A DNA stretch of 45,119 bases from positions 1 to 45,119 of the forward strand of contig CBFFRP010000233.1 in assembly GCA_965644295.1 (NCBI GenBank), read 5' to 3'. A program made the translations under genes and the position numbers. Shown piece by piece: positions 1 to 13,522 of this stretch. Origin of the DNA: Paraphysomonas bandaiensis. Its lineage: Eukaryota; Protista; Chrysophyceae. Under the pieces are notes generated by a model. That model was not told the DNA's origin. It ran no database searches and saw nothing but the letters and a program-made list of their open reading frames with translations. Positions within the stretch are counted from its first letter, which is position 1. Each line of letters starts with the position of its first letter.

Positions 1-401
1 CCCACCCTCAACCCTATCCAGGGATATATCGATACAGTATATATATCCATGCAAAGAAGAAAGTGGGGCAAACAGACCGTCTCCCAATATTTCAATACAC
101 ACCAAACATATACATATAGAGTACTGGAGTATAGCGCATATATACACGTATACCTGGTATGTATATGGTACGATACTCTGTACAATCGGACCTGTTGCTA
201 GATTTTATTTTATTGGCATTGCTTTAAAATTTTTGCTTGTACATCACAGCAGTGCAGAGTGGGCATATATCTGAGCTGATACACCCCACCCCAATAGAAT
301 AGTAATTGCACTATAGTGACAGTTGACAAATGAATAGATCGGATATGTGTGCATTGTATTGAGTGGTTGATATATTTAATTAGCTCCACTGAACGGACAG
401 T

Positions 402-2041
402 ATGACTGTAGCTGTATTTATATTAGTGCTGTATCAATTATTTAATAGCGTTACGTTTGTAAGTGCAGCAGAGTATAGTTTTCGACAGAGTAGTGGTGAA
501 AGTTTAATTCGGCGTAAGTTATCGAGTTCAACGGGCTTTGCTGCTGCTGCAGTACATGAGATTCATCCATCTGAAGCCATATCGCATCACTGGTTTGGAT
601 CATCTGTTTTTGTTTCGGAACGAACGGCTATAGTTGGTGCACCAGGAGATAGTGATTACAGCAAGTATGGAGCTGCGTATGTATTTAGAAAGTCCGGTGG
701 TCACTGGAAAGAGATTCGAAAACTAGCCCCCTCTATACCTGTGGTAGATGATGGCTTCGGCTCTGCTGTGTCAATATATGAAAATTATGCGGTTATTGGA
801 GCATACAGGTAGGGTACTACGCTCTTTACTTTAATTGTAACGCTGTGTTTTTATAATTCAGAGATGATACCAACGGGGAAGACTCTGGCAGTGTGTATTA
901 TTTTTCTGGTGACGATAACTGGGCGCAGGTTCAAAAAATTGTTCCTTCGGATGGCTCATCGCTCGATTACTTTGGAAGCAGTATTTCACAGTACCGTCGC
1001 GAAGAACTCGTTGTTGGGGCGTGGGGTGTTGACTATGGTGGATACACATCTTGTGGTGCAGCGTACTTTTACCGTTTCGGAAACTCGAAGTGGAACCTGG
1101 AGGAGAAAGTACTACCGGCTGACTCGCATAGTTACCAATGGTTCGGTGTCAGTGTATCAATTTACCAAAGTAAAGCTGCCGTTGGTGCATGGGGCGACAG
1201 CGAGGGGGGTGCCGTGAGTGGTGCTGTTTATACGTATGACCATACAATGGGCGACTGGCACAAGATACAGAAGTTCTCCACTGGAATAACAAGTAACCAT
1301 ATGGGGTATGCAGTGAGTATGCACGAGGATGTGCTTGCAGTAGGACTCCCTAACTCATACCGTACGACTATGGGCACTACAAATAACCCAAATGCTTACC
1401 GTACAGGCATGGTGAAGATATTCCGGCTACGCGATTACAATCACTGGGAGCTCGAACAGAATGTTATTTGTGAAGATTGTGACAATCTTGTTTCCTTTGG
1501 GCAAAGCGTATCTGCTTCATCTGGGAAAGTTGTGATTGGACGGCATGGTGCGGCTGAAGTATGGACTCTGGACGCTTCAAAGGCGGTGGGGTACAGGTGG
1601 AGCCAAGAGGTGGTGCTCTATAGTGGTGATAGTGCGGCTGATGATTCATATTTCTTTGGGTCCGCAGTAGCCATAGATGGTGGGAATGTGTTGATTGGTG
1701 TCAAGGACAGTGAAATGCGTATTCATTCTTCTTCGGACTCATACACTCGTATAGAGGAGGCAGGTGTGGCTGTAATGTTCGAGAGCCCGCGTAACGTCTC
1801 CTCCAATAAGTTTTACTACGAGCAAAATTTGCAGATGTACGTTGCATTGTACGTCATGATAATAATAGGAATTGCTGTGCTTTTAGTAGCACCTGTCGTA
1901 ATATTTGGGTATCATATGTACTCTGAAGAAAAAGACGCGACGAAAATGTTGGAGATGAAGCCATTTATTAAACCCTCTACTCAAGGAAGTAGCAGCTCTC
2001 ATGGAATGAAAAACAATCCGATTGGTCGCATGCAATCGTAA
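402..2041 (+). CDS. FG-GAP repeat (integrin-alpha-like beta-propeller) type I membrane protein, 528 aa; exons 402-808, 862-2041
   Basis: A GT-AG intron at 809-861 (53 nt) joins ORFs 402 and 893 in frame (..GAYR|DDTNGEDSGSVYYF). The protein has an N-terminal signal peptide, repeated FG-x-S/A-V...V-G-A...G-A-A/V-Y motifs, and a hydrophobic TM helix (VALYVMIIIGIAVLLVAPVVIFGY) before a short tail. Confidence 0.88.
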
Positions 2042-3468
2042 TGATATTTTTCTTGCTTATTGAACCCTTGTTGACACAGGAATATTTGTCTGGATGATCA
2101 TTTAGTAGTAAGTAATTAATTGCGTGTACCTCATTTTCTTGTCAGGGATTTATTCCCGTTCGCTTGCGAGAAACAACAGTCCCTGTAATATATATGTCTA
2201 ATATGTGCACAAACTGAAAGCATTTACACTTTCCGCTGCAGCAGTGCTAAACATGAATAGCAGTATTATTACATGCACCAGACTCATTCGATATTAAGTA
2301 CTTCTAATGGCCGAGTTAAATAATATATACGACCAGTATCTCGGACCATTCGCAATAATACAGAACTTGTATTGAAGTAACTATACTCTAAATATTAAAT
2401 ATGCAGTTTCGTCATACCTTGTGCACTCGCTCTTTACAATCAATGAAATACTTTAATAAAACTTTCCAGAATTGCCGTTTTCTACTCTCAGAGTGAATCT
2501 CTTATTGCTAGCAATAGTTGTTTAAGAGTCAGAAATAATTTAGCATTTCAATTAACAAGTGCTTAACTCTGATATCCTACTTTTTAACGCTACGAAAGCT
2601 ACTTGTGCGTCACCGTGCAACCACTTTGCTCTATCGCTCAAAGCAACTGCAGTGAACAAGCAGAATGTTGATATACCTGACATTATCTGATAGCGTTGCA
2701 TGGGTTGACATAAAAACTAAAGATTTCTTGGAAAACAGACAGAGGAGTGAAAGCAGTTTGAATTAAGCTATAATGCGTTAAAGGCTGTAAATTAATATAC
2801 ATCAATACACCTTAATCCAGGCTGGTTTCTATTGTCTGCTGCTGTTAATTCGGTCAGCTACGATAAATGCCTACCCAAAGAAAGTATGCATCCTGTGGCT
2901 AATTCAGACGTGCTACTATATATGGAGGATATCTCTAATGCAGGTATACGGAGGGAATTCTTAATGCTGAGAATTGAATTCTTAGATCGAGCGAGTACAG
3001 TACAGAATTCAATACTGTGTGCTCATTGGGACTACGACGTACAAAAGCTTAATTTATAGCAATATTTCGGACATTGAATTCTAGAATTGGTGATTTTCTA
3101 AATGATCTAATAATCTGGTTAAATAGTAGGGATTTGGGAAGTAAATAGGTAAGTTTTAGGATGAGGGAAGTATATATTCTGGAATTCTTGGAATGGAATG
3201 TCGTATGTTGAAGATGGGAGAAAGTGTTGTTCGAGATGACGTGGTGCGTCTATCATATGCAAAAATACATAGCAAAAAATAGCGACAATCTTTTTTGTCG
3301 AATCTTGAGAGTATGCCAATTTGAGTGCAAGAATGACCATATATCGGACTCAGCTCAGCTTATATATACATACATACATGCACAGACATATATTCTCATC
3401 TGTGTACTTAACTACCTCATAGTATATATATATATATTTGATGAGATATTTTGTATAAAACTTAAATT

Positions 3469-6400
3469 ATGGCAAAGGAATTATTACTGAATGTTCTTGT
3501 GAATGTGTTGGGTGATTACATTGAGGGAATTACTAAAGAAAACCTTAAAGTGGGCGTCTGGTCTGGAAAAATAGAATTAAGTCATTTACAATTAAATAAA
3601 TCAGGAATAGAGAAACTGAAGCTTCCTCTAACTGTTCAAAATGGATATGTTGATTCTTTGCAAGTCAGTATACCATGGACTTCATTGGCAAGTCAACCGG
3701 TTCGTATAAGTATCAATGGAGTGTACCTGCAGATGGGGCCATTGGATATATCGCAGTTGGATCCTAAAGAAGCTCACGACAGAAACATTGCTTCCGCACG
3801 ATCTCGACTGGAACAGGCAGAGAAATCACTTGAGTTTGCAGCTCAATTATCTGAGAACGATGACCCTAAGACTATAAGCTATTTTCAGAATCTTGCGACG
3901 AAAATTATTGATAACCTTGAAATTAGAGTTTCAAATATTCATGTTAGATATGAAGATGATAGTTTGTTTCCGGGGGAAATATTTTCATGGGGGTTTTCAC
4001 TCGAACAATTCATAGTGACCACGACCAACAGCAATTGGCAAGAGGCGTTTGTCGCTCGAGACGACTCTAAACGTGCATCTGTCCACAAGCTCATCACAGT
4101 GCAGAACTTTGTCCTGTATTGGAATGTTGAATCCACAGTGCTTCCAACTAGCTCTCTCAATGAATGGATGCGAAAAATGGAGTCTTTAGTGTGGAGGAAG
4201 GGCTCGTCCCCGAATCTACAACAGTATGTGTTTGCTCCGCCGAACGCCTTATTTGTGAAAGTTATACATAATGATTACGAGGGAGCGGTGCCTAAGATCG
4301 AAGCTTCTGTGGAGAGTATTGATATGCGAATTAATTTAGACCGGACGCAATATCATCAAATGATGCGTAGCATGGATGCATACGGATGTCTGGGAGTGAA
4401 GCAGCGCCTACTCCAATTCCGTCCCATATCCTCTCCTCGTTCTGACCCCATGGCATGGTGGCGATACGCACTCATTCTGGTAACAAAGAATGAGCGGATT
4501 TTTTCCAACAAAGGAGAAATTTTGCGCCAATGTCTGCGGCATCGGTCACGATATATGCATCTGGTTGAGAAAAGGAAATTAATACAAGAATCCGGAGAAT
4601 GTGAGCCTCTGAAAGAAGAAGAGGAAGCGGAGTTGACTCGAATTGAGGAAGTAATTCCACTTGATACTCTTATACTTTACAGGAAATTGGCCATGAAGAC
4701 TGTAGTAGTAAAGAATAAACGCACGAAAAAGCGGTTAGAGCGGCAGGCACAAGCGGCAAAGTTGGCATCTTCTTGGTTCAGCTGGGGTAGGCGACCGCCT
4801 TCTGAAGTGGAGGAGGGAAATGAAAGTGATGATGTTGCCATTGAAAAACTTCAACTAGACCTGGAGGATGCAATGTCGCAGTCAATGCTTGATCCCTCTG
4901 CATTTACTGTTAACTTTTCTTACGTGTCCAGCACTTCTATTCGGGTGACTGCAGACTATGTGCCGGTTGCCCTCATGACGATGGCGTGCTCATTGCGGGG
5001 AGAGCTTCGTGCGGACTCTCTGTCTGCTTCTCTCCAAATGACTGACCTCACCATCAAAGACGAATTTACTCCCGAACCTGTCTACCCCAACATTGTGTCT
5101 GTACTTAGGGAAGGGCCAAATACTGATAAAACCGATGCCCCTCCATTTTCACTTTCATTGGAAAAAGAGGGTGGAAAGATGAGGATATCGATGTCTGCTC
5201 TCCCACTGGAGTTGTGTGTAAATAAGTTCTGTATTCAGCAGCTACTATCTGTCGTTCAAGTTCCTCCGCATATTTCCAGTGTATCTGGGCTCATGCAGTT
5301 GCAAAACTATTATCAGTCGAAGACTTCCAAGCGAATAGCGCCTGATGATAGCTCAACTTCCGCTGCCCTTTACGCTATGGGTGCGGGGTTTCTAGAGAAC
5401 GGAGAATCTAAGCCACAAGAAGATGTTGTTGCTGAAGCTGCCAATTCTATAGATGTGAAGTTGGATATAGCCGCGCCAAAAATTATTATCCCTGAGGACA
5501 GCTGTGTAGATGTTGGGTGTCTGCTACTGGACACTGGCAAACTCTCAATCACTGGGAGCATGGGCGCAGCGGGCATGTCGTGGTCAGTCAATATCAAAGA
5601 TGTCAATGCTGGCATGCCTCGTAAAGCGCAAGACCTCTATTCTAATCACGGGCAAGAACTGTACTTAATTCGTCCATTCGGACTGAGTATATCTGTGCAG
5701 ACTATTGACACCACTGTTGCTGATATGACAGTCTCAATGCTCATTGCACCTAGCATTTCTGGCGAGCTCGATGCTGACAAGCTCTCCAGGTTGCTTCATA
5801 TCGTGGACGTAATTCCTGGAGCATTTAGCTCTCCAGCTGCTCCAGTTCATGCCTCAAGTAGTGCGGTAGCAAGCATGTTGCCAGTTGGACAGGTAACCGG
5901 TATAACGGATTCCGTTATCGGTAAATCAAACAGTGAAATCATTCCCGACTCGCGCGAAGTAGACCCCACTCACTGTAACATTGATGTTAGGGTGATTATC
6001 CCTGAGGTATCTCTCGTACTCCAGCACGGTGCAGATCATCGCCAGTGCAACTTGCTGCGTGTTTCGAATCTCAGTACTGGCGTAGTGATGCGGCCTTACG
6101 ACATGCAACTTGTATTCACACTGAAATCTCTTTCTGTTGAGGACCACTTGCGACATGACGCTCAACGATATTTAGTGAGAACACCTATGTCCAGTGATGA
6201 TGATAATCTGGTGAGTATTTCGCTGACCAAGATTAACCACAAAAAGTCTCCACTATTTAACGACTACGGGACGGATATTGTTGTCAAATTCAGGAAACTG
6301 ATAGTTAATTCAGATGCACGGACTGTTCTTCACCTCAGGCCCTTCTACGAGGTTCTTTTAGGGCGGCGATATACCGATTACCCAGATGAATTCGACCCTA

Positions 6401-9400
6401 CAACAAGGGGAGCTTCCAAGGATGCAACGGATATAAGTCTTCAGTCGCCTTTTGCTGTAGAGGAAGGGCATTCTGATATGATGGTCATTGCAACACCGGC
6501 CTGTGTTCCAACCGGAATGCATATCACTGCGACATTGGACACAATATCACTTGAACTGCTGAGGGTGGATGTGTCATCAGATGTTACCGTAAAACTTCTC
6601 GAGACTGTGGTAGTTATGGATATTTGCGGTTTGTCGGCAGAGGTAAAAATGCAGGATGCGCTTTGGACCGAGTGCGTAATGCAGTCTCTTACAATCATCG
6701 ATAAAAGGGAAATCAGTGAAAATTATCATTTCAAAACAATACTTGGTCCACAAACGATGCCCACACCAGCAGGTGATGAGCACCAGAGTAAAGATGAAAA
6801 TTTGCTTCGACTGGTGTATCAAAATAATGGTCAAGAAGGCAGTGATGTAGTGATATCAGTCGGTAAAGTGAGCAGTTTTTTATCACTAGACACAATTCTG
6901 GATCTAACTACGATTGCCTTGACTAATACGATGGCATTAGTGGAATTGACATCTCCAGTGTCTATAGCAGACACTTCTACGGCTCGAAATGTGCCACAGA
7001 TAGCACAAGCTGTAGAAACGGAAACCATTGTGTCGGGATCAAAGCAGCAGGATTCTGACAGTCAACCATCCACTGCAATGGTTGTCAGTGTTGATGTTGA
7101 TAGCATGCGCGTAATTCTTCTGGAAGACCCTACAAGCAGTGCATCTCGTGCCATCAGTGGCCGATGCGGATTGGTGGCTAAATATAACAGTGTAACTCGC
7201 GGAACCTCGGTAGAAGACACCGTGTACGTGGCGGTAACTGATATGGAGGCTTTCGTTTCACTGGAAATGACAAAGCACCATCCACACCAGATAGTTGACC
7301 CCATGACTCTGATGGTGAATCTAAAGCGCTCTGTTGAAAAAGATGTTTTGATTTCTATGAACGTCTCTGTAAATCTTGATGGGATTGACACCAGGCTGTC
7401 CCTTGGGGACATGATGTTAGTAAACGCTATATTACAGCGGCGTACTGTTGTGGATTCAGCTCCACCCCCGTCGGTCGAGTTGCTTCGGGAAAATGAAAGA
7501 GATGGTAGCATTGAAAGTAGTAACAACCCTGAGTTGACCTACACATCATCGAAACCATCTGTTAGTGATGTCGAGACAACCACCACCAGTAACCCACGTA
7601 CTCACATGGACCATCTTGCTGCATACAATTTACAGTTTTACATTGGTGCTGTGAAGGCCGTAGTTATCAACAGCATTCACGGAAAACACATGCCCTTGTT
7701 GCGACTGGAGGTCGACAGCACCACGTTTTCTGCAGACGGTTTTATCCGGGATATGCGGGGCTCCGGATCTACGAAAATTCGCGCTGACACATTTAATCCT
7801 GTTGTTTCGGAATGGGAGCCCCTGTTAGAGACCTGGTGTCCAGAGATATCTTTGAATAGTGACTCGATGGCATTTAAACTGGGAATAGAATGCAAAAACA
7901 CGCTTCAGCTAACTGTTACAAGTACAACTATCAATACCTTAGTGCATACGCTGTCCTCATTAGGCTCGACAAATCAAATTCACGAGCGTGAAACTATTCC
8001 ATCGCTGACTATACATAATCAATTAGGAGTGGCAATTGATCTTAGGAATTGCAATTCGAGTGAGACGTGGTTTCACCTGGGGCCCAATGAACGGGCTGAT
8101 GTGTATTTGGCTCATCGCTCTTCTGGTCGGGAGCTGTCGGAGAGTTCTGGTCATCTTACTGATGTTGTCGCGCATCTCCCGGATAGAATTGATATGCATT
8201 TTTGCGATTCTTTACAGCAAGAGCGTTTGCCGTTGCGTGGTTTGCCTTTATCGAGTCATGTGAAGAAGAGATATATCATAGAATCGAGCTCCTCCCGAGA
8301 TACTGTTACAACCGCTGTCAATGAACCCATAGTTGAGGAAGTATATGAATATCAGCGGTACTCACCTCTAGCTGGAGGATGGCGCGAACCTTTTCTTATG
8401 GGTGATCCTTCGATGTGGTCGAACAAAGAAGGTACGAGAGAGCGCAAGCGTTCGTCCGTATCGCTACCCAACGATTCGTGGGAGTGGCTTAGTGACTGGA
8501 AGGTGGATATGAACGGCAAGATTGGGCGTGATATTGATGCAGACGGGTGGGACTATGGCCTAAACTTTACGGCTTTCTCTGTCTCAGATGTTCGCCGGGG
8601 CACGATGCAAACCATGGATTGTGCACGTCGGCGGAGATGGATTCGGGCGCGGGTCCCTGTGTGTAAGTCATCAGACCCTTCGATTCGTTCATTGAGTCTG
8701 TTTTGGGATGTCCAGCGGCTTGAGGACGGATCTAAACAGGTCAATGTGAGATCCTGCATTGTAATCGAAAATCAGATGCCTTATGACGTTGTAGCTTCTT
8801 TGAGCAGTACATCTTGGGCGGATGATGTAGAGTTAGGTGTCATATGCGAAAACAGTAGTCTTGCAGTTCCTTTGATGTATTCTCATGCACAGTCAGTTAA
8901 ATTCAAATGCGCTAACATCCCTTGCCGATGGACTCAGTCAGTTCCCTGCACTTTGCAGCAAGGGGATTTCAAATCGGAACTGGAAATTCATTGTGTTGAA
9001 TCAAATGAGGGTCATCACTTGCATATGCGACCTGTCTGTATTCAGCGTAACAAGTCTCTCTGTATAACTCTCCATCCGCATATCATTCTAACGAACGCCC
9101 TACTTTGCAGTCTACGGTACAAATTTTTTATTGGAGGGGACCATACAGGGAAGTCCTCTAATCGAATTTTAGCGGAAGAAGGGTCTATCGAGCCTGGGAG
9201 TAGCTGCAAGCTCACAAGCTTAAAGGTTTCACATACCATTCAAGGATCTCTACAACTAGGGGATCTTGGTTGGAGTGAAATCTCAGCACCATTATTTAAG
9301 AAAACCTCAACTACTTCCAGAGTGAATGTAAATTTTCTTGCCCCGGATGGAAGCGTGTGCTTTGTTCTCCGCTATCGTGTGAACCTGAATATGTATAGTC

Positions 9401-12400
9401 CGTATGAGATAATTATTTTCAGCAAGGAGGCTCTGGTTGATTACACTGGATTGAATATATGCGTCGATTCTATGGTTGACAAGAACAACTCTCAACGTAT
9501 GCGTCGATCTGCAGGACACTTTTTGCCTCTACTGGAATCTAGTTCAACCAAGGAGGTGGCAGCTGTGTCTACTGCACACCTTGAAGAGTTTAAAGTGCGT
9601 AGCCGGAGACACTATGCAGTTGCCACTGCCAAATCAGGAAACGTCGTACACACTGACAGGGATTTTAAACTTCTGCATGTTCCTGCTGAACTCTGTGGCC
9701 ATACATATATTACGACGCCGTCAGATGACAGGGATGTCCGTCTAGAAGGAGGAAACTTAATTCAATTCTCTGTTAAAGAGGCATCTATCATCTTTGTACT
9801 TGTGGACAGGCGTGTTGTCCACCTACCAAAGTGGTTACAGGTACAATTTTAAGTTTTAGAATTTAAAATTTTGTTTTTACAGTACTGTGTAGGACCTTGG
9901 ATACATTAAAACAAGCGCATATGTCACTGCATGCGGTAAACAGGATGGGACATTCAGAGAATTTCATTACGCTTTATATGGCAAAGTATATTCCCCAGAA
10001 GAGATTGTGAAACTTGGAAGTAACCACTCACCTGATTGCAGGGACATGTACACTGTTCTTATTGTTCCCACGGACCAAGGTGGTCGATACCTCGATGAAG
10101 TGTGCAGCCAACCCGAGGACAATGATAGAAAAGCGGAGTCGTGCTGGTGGCGAGGCGACTGTGGTATAACGATGTTTAATAGTGACTCATCTCGCATTGT
10201 TGTTGGTATCAATGGTGGTGCTGCATGGGCCAGTAGTGAGATAAAAATGAAGGCGCTGCACAACGAAAAAGGTCCGTTCGAGATCATTGATCAGCGTAGG
10301 AACATATCTTATCAGCTAGCGTATACCATTCGACACCTTCCTGGACTGTACCGTCGTACTAAAATTTTAGCCGTAATGCCTCGTTACTGCATTGTAAATT
10401 GTGTTGACAGCTTGCTGGAAATACAGCAACGTGGCTGTAAATCGCGTCAAGGTGCAGTCATCGAACCTTTCACGACGAAATCATGGCATAAACAAGACGC
10501 TTCTTTTGGAACAGATATCGTGTTTAGATGTGGCGATTCTCGGTGGAGCCTCGGCACGATTGATCTAAATGAAGTGGGAACCCACACTGTCTTGCTTCCA
10601 ACTGCTTCTGGTACCGAGCTATCACACCTTGTGGTTAATGTGGACATCAGAATTGCATGTCCTGATGATAATTGTGCTGTTTGCATTGTTTTCTGGCAGT
10701 GTCATGGAGATGGTGAAGAAGCTCCTCTGTCGATAAATAATAGCTTGAATTTGCCTGTATGGGTGCGACAGGCGGGAGTAATTAGTGACTCTAAAGCTAC
10801 CTGTTATGACATGTCAGTGCCACCCCATTCGTGTGTTCCCTATGGGTGGAGTGATTCCGGTGGCAGCCAAAAAGTCATCATCTCTGTGGGCGATCCAATT
10901 CATGAGAATAAACAAGTGGCAACTATGGCGCTGTCAAAAGCTGGGCACTGTGTGCGCTTACCATACAAGTCAAAGCAGCATGCCGCAAGTGGCACTGTGG
11001 TGATAACAATGTCAACTCATGTCAGCGGTCTCTGTGTACAGATAGCCGATGACAGTACTAGTTGCAGTGCCGATACCGACAACACCGTTATCCAAAATTC
11101 AGCTGCGAATATTGAAGGCCAGAATTTGTCGATGTCTTTTAAATTTGAGCTAGCCTCAATTGGTTTGTCTTTGGTGGCTGACCAACCCCGTAGGCGCGAG
11201 GTTATTAGTCTCTATATCAATGGCGCGAGCGGCGCATATGTATCGAACTCTGCAAGCAATATGCAGTCCTACGAAGTTAACATTGTAGATATTCAGATAG
11301 ATAACTACGCCGAGACTGCGGTTTACCCCGTTCTCCTTCGCCGTGTGGAAAGAAAGAGCGACACTAAAGCGGCAGATTCTACTTCTGGTGAGATCCAAAG
11401 GGTTCCGTTCTTCCAATTTGCCTGTCTCCAGGAAACAGTATCGAATTCTTCGCGCTACAAATATGTTTCATTCCGCGTCATAGAGTTTGCGCTGGAAATC
11501 GACTCGGGAACCATTCAGCTACTGCTCTCTGATATGGGTAGAGTGAAATTTTTGTCACAAGAGGAGCTATTGGAGCAGTCAGATCCCCGAGCTTGGCTGC
11601 GCCATTTTCACGACTCCCTTCTCTCTCCTGCCCGTAGAGTCCACCTACTTGATATATATGGAGCATATATGAATGCTAAGGCTCCAAAGATGTACTTCGA
11701 AAATTTGGTCATTCACCCTGTAAAGGCCGCTCTCACGTTTACACATACAGATTATCCCTATCACGAGGCAACACAGCATCACAGAGAGATTTCGTCCACC
11801 GTTTTGGACGTTATTACATCGATGGCTGTGGTGGAGTTAATGGAGATCCGACTCAATTCTTTTATTGTCACAGATGCGGTGGAATCCACTGCATCTCTTC
11901 AGTCCCGTATTGTTGCAAAGGCCTGGCAAGATCTCAAGGGTCAGCTTGCTATGATTGCAGGATCGCTCACTATGCTAGGTAGTCCCGCCGGTCTTGTACG
12001 CAATATTGGTGGTGGAGTGCAGGACTTTTTTTATGAACCTTACCAGGGTCTAGTTCAAAGCCCACAGGACTTTGTTCTCGGGATTCGAAAGGGAACCGGA
12101 AGTCTTCTTGCGGGAGTAGTAGGAGGAGCACTAACCTCTACAGCTGCTCTAGTAGGCACCGCATCTTCGGGAATTGCCTATCTCAGTGGTGACAAGGAGT
12201 TTGTGAAAGAACGCTCCTTTAAGCGTCAGCAGGGTAAGGCTGCACGAGACCGGGGCGTGATGGATGGAATTAAGCATGGAAGCGAAGAGGTGTTAAGTGG
12301 ATTTGCGTCAGGGATAACGGGGATCTTCACGAAACCTGTACAAGAGGCTAAAAAAGAGGGGGCCCTTGGATTTATTAAGGGGATTGGAATGGGTGTGGCC

Positions 12401-13522
12401 GGAGTAGCTGTTAAGCCAGTACTAGGTTTGACCGATGGTCTATCTACGATTGCAATGGGGATATCCAACGAGGTAGGGGATTCAGTTGCTATTACCCGTG
12501 TGCGGCCTTCTCGCACATTCATTCGATCAAGCACCGATCCCTCTGTTTTGATTCTCACTCCACTTAATTTGTCCGCTGCGGCGGCTCAAGAATACGTGCT
12601 TGCCGTTGCCAAAAAGAAGAAATTTTCTGATGCTTTTCTCGGTGAGTGTGTTGCAGACGAAGGTTCGCATATTATCCTTTCAGAAAATTTCGTGTATTGG
12701 ATAAGAGGCTCTGCCCCAGATTGTAAAACTCCATGGGGAGAAATATCTCATTGCAGTCTCCAGGGGTCACGTGTTGCGTTGCATCTATATAAGGACCTCG
12801 CCCGCCCGATGCTCATACCCTGCAGGAATGCGGGACAGGCAGGGAAACTCTATTCTGAATTTGTGGCCTGCGCGCATTTAATGGGCAATCCTACCGCAAT
12901 GATTTCGCTGGAAGAGGTCAAATCACAAGCACGTGTGGAAACTGTAGGAGCAAAGAGCAAAGAAGATCGATACCTCTTTGGAACTGCGAATTACACCGTC
13001 ATCAAATTCAAGAAAATGACTGACCACGAGTTATTAAAGTCTAGTAAGCAGTCACTTCAGGCTATTTGCCGTGACTTGGACCGTGATAGAAACGACACCT
13101 GGAGACTCATTGACGAGCTGCTTTGGTCGATGGTTTTCTTGTGGGATTCCAATCATACAGGCCTTAATGCTAAGAGATGCTGTTGTGCTCTGATCTTAAA
13201 CGAATCTACATGCGCCATTCAAATCCAGCGCTCAGATCTTCGCAAGGGACATGCGCTGGCTGTGTTTGGATCAGATAATTTTGAGAGTGAAACCAAAACT
13301 ATACTTCCGACAGGTTGTGCTGTTGTTTTTGCTTACGCGGACTCTCCGAATCTGTACGAGTCTGGCAATGTTTTGTTGTCTATCGATAGTACGGCGTTTG
13401 AAGTTACTTTAGCCACTCACAAGAACAGGTCAATGGCGAAAAATAAACAAGGGTTTGAGGTCTCTTTTATTGAAAAGTCTTCTTCGGAGTGGTGGAGTAA
13501 ATATGTTCTTTTGGTGACATAG
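3469..13522 (+). CDS. VPS13: VPS13 family bridge-like lipid transfer protein, 3333 aa; exons 3469-9840, 9893-13522
   Basis: Chorein-N start (LLNVLVNVLGDYIEG..NLKVGVWSGKIEL..IPWTSL; KIIDNLEIRVSNIHVRYED), VAB repeats (PRYCIVN, W-S), and C-terminal DIQIDN / G-S-L..LGSPAGLV..IGGGVQDFFYEP / GIFTKPV..AKKEGALGFIKGIG motifs. A phase-0 intron at 9841-9892 joins the 2127-aa and 1171-aa ORFs. Confidence 0.96.

Noticed and set aside
1-20. Telomere-like CCCACCCTCAACCCTA at the window start
   Set aside because: No regular tandem unit; too short to call.
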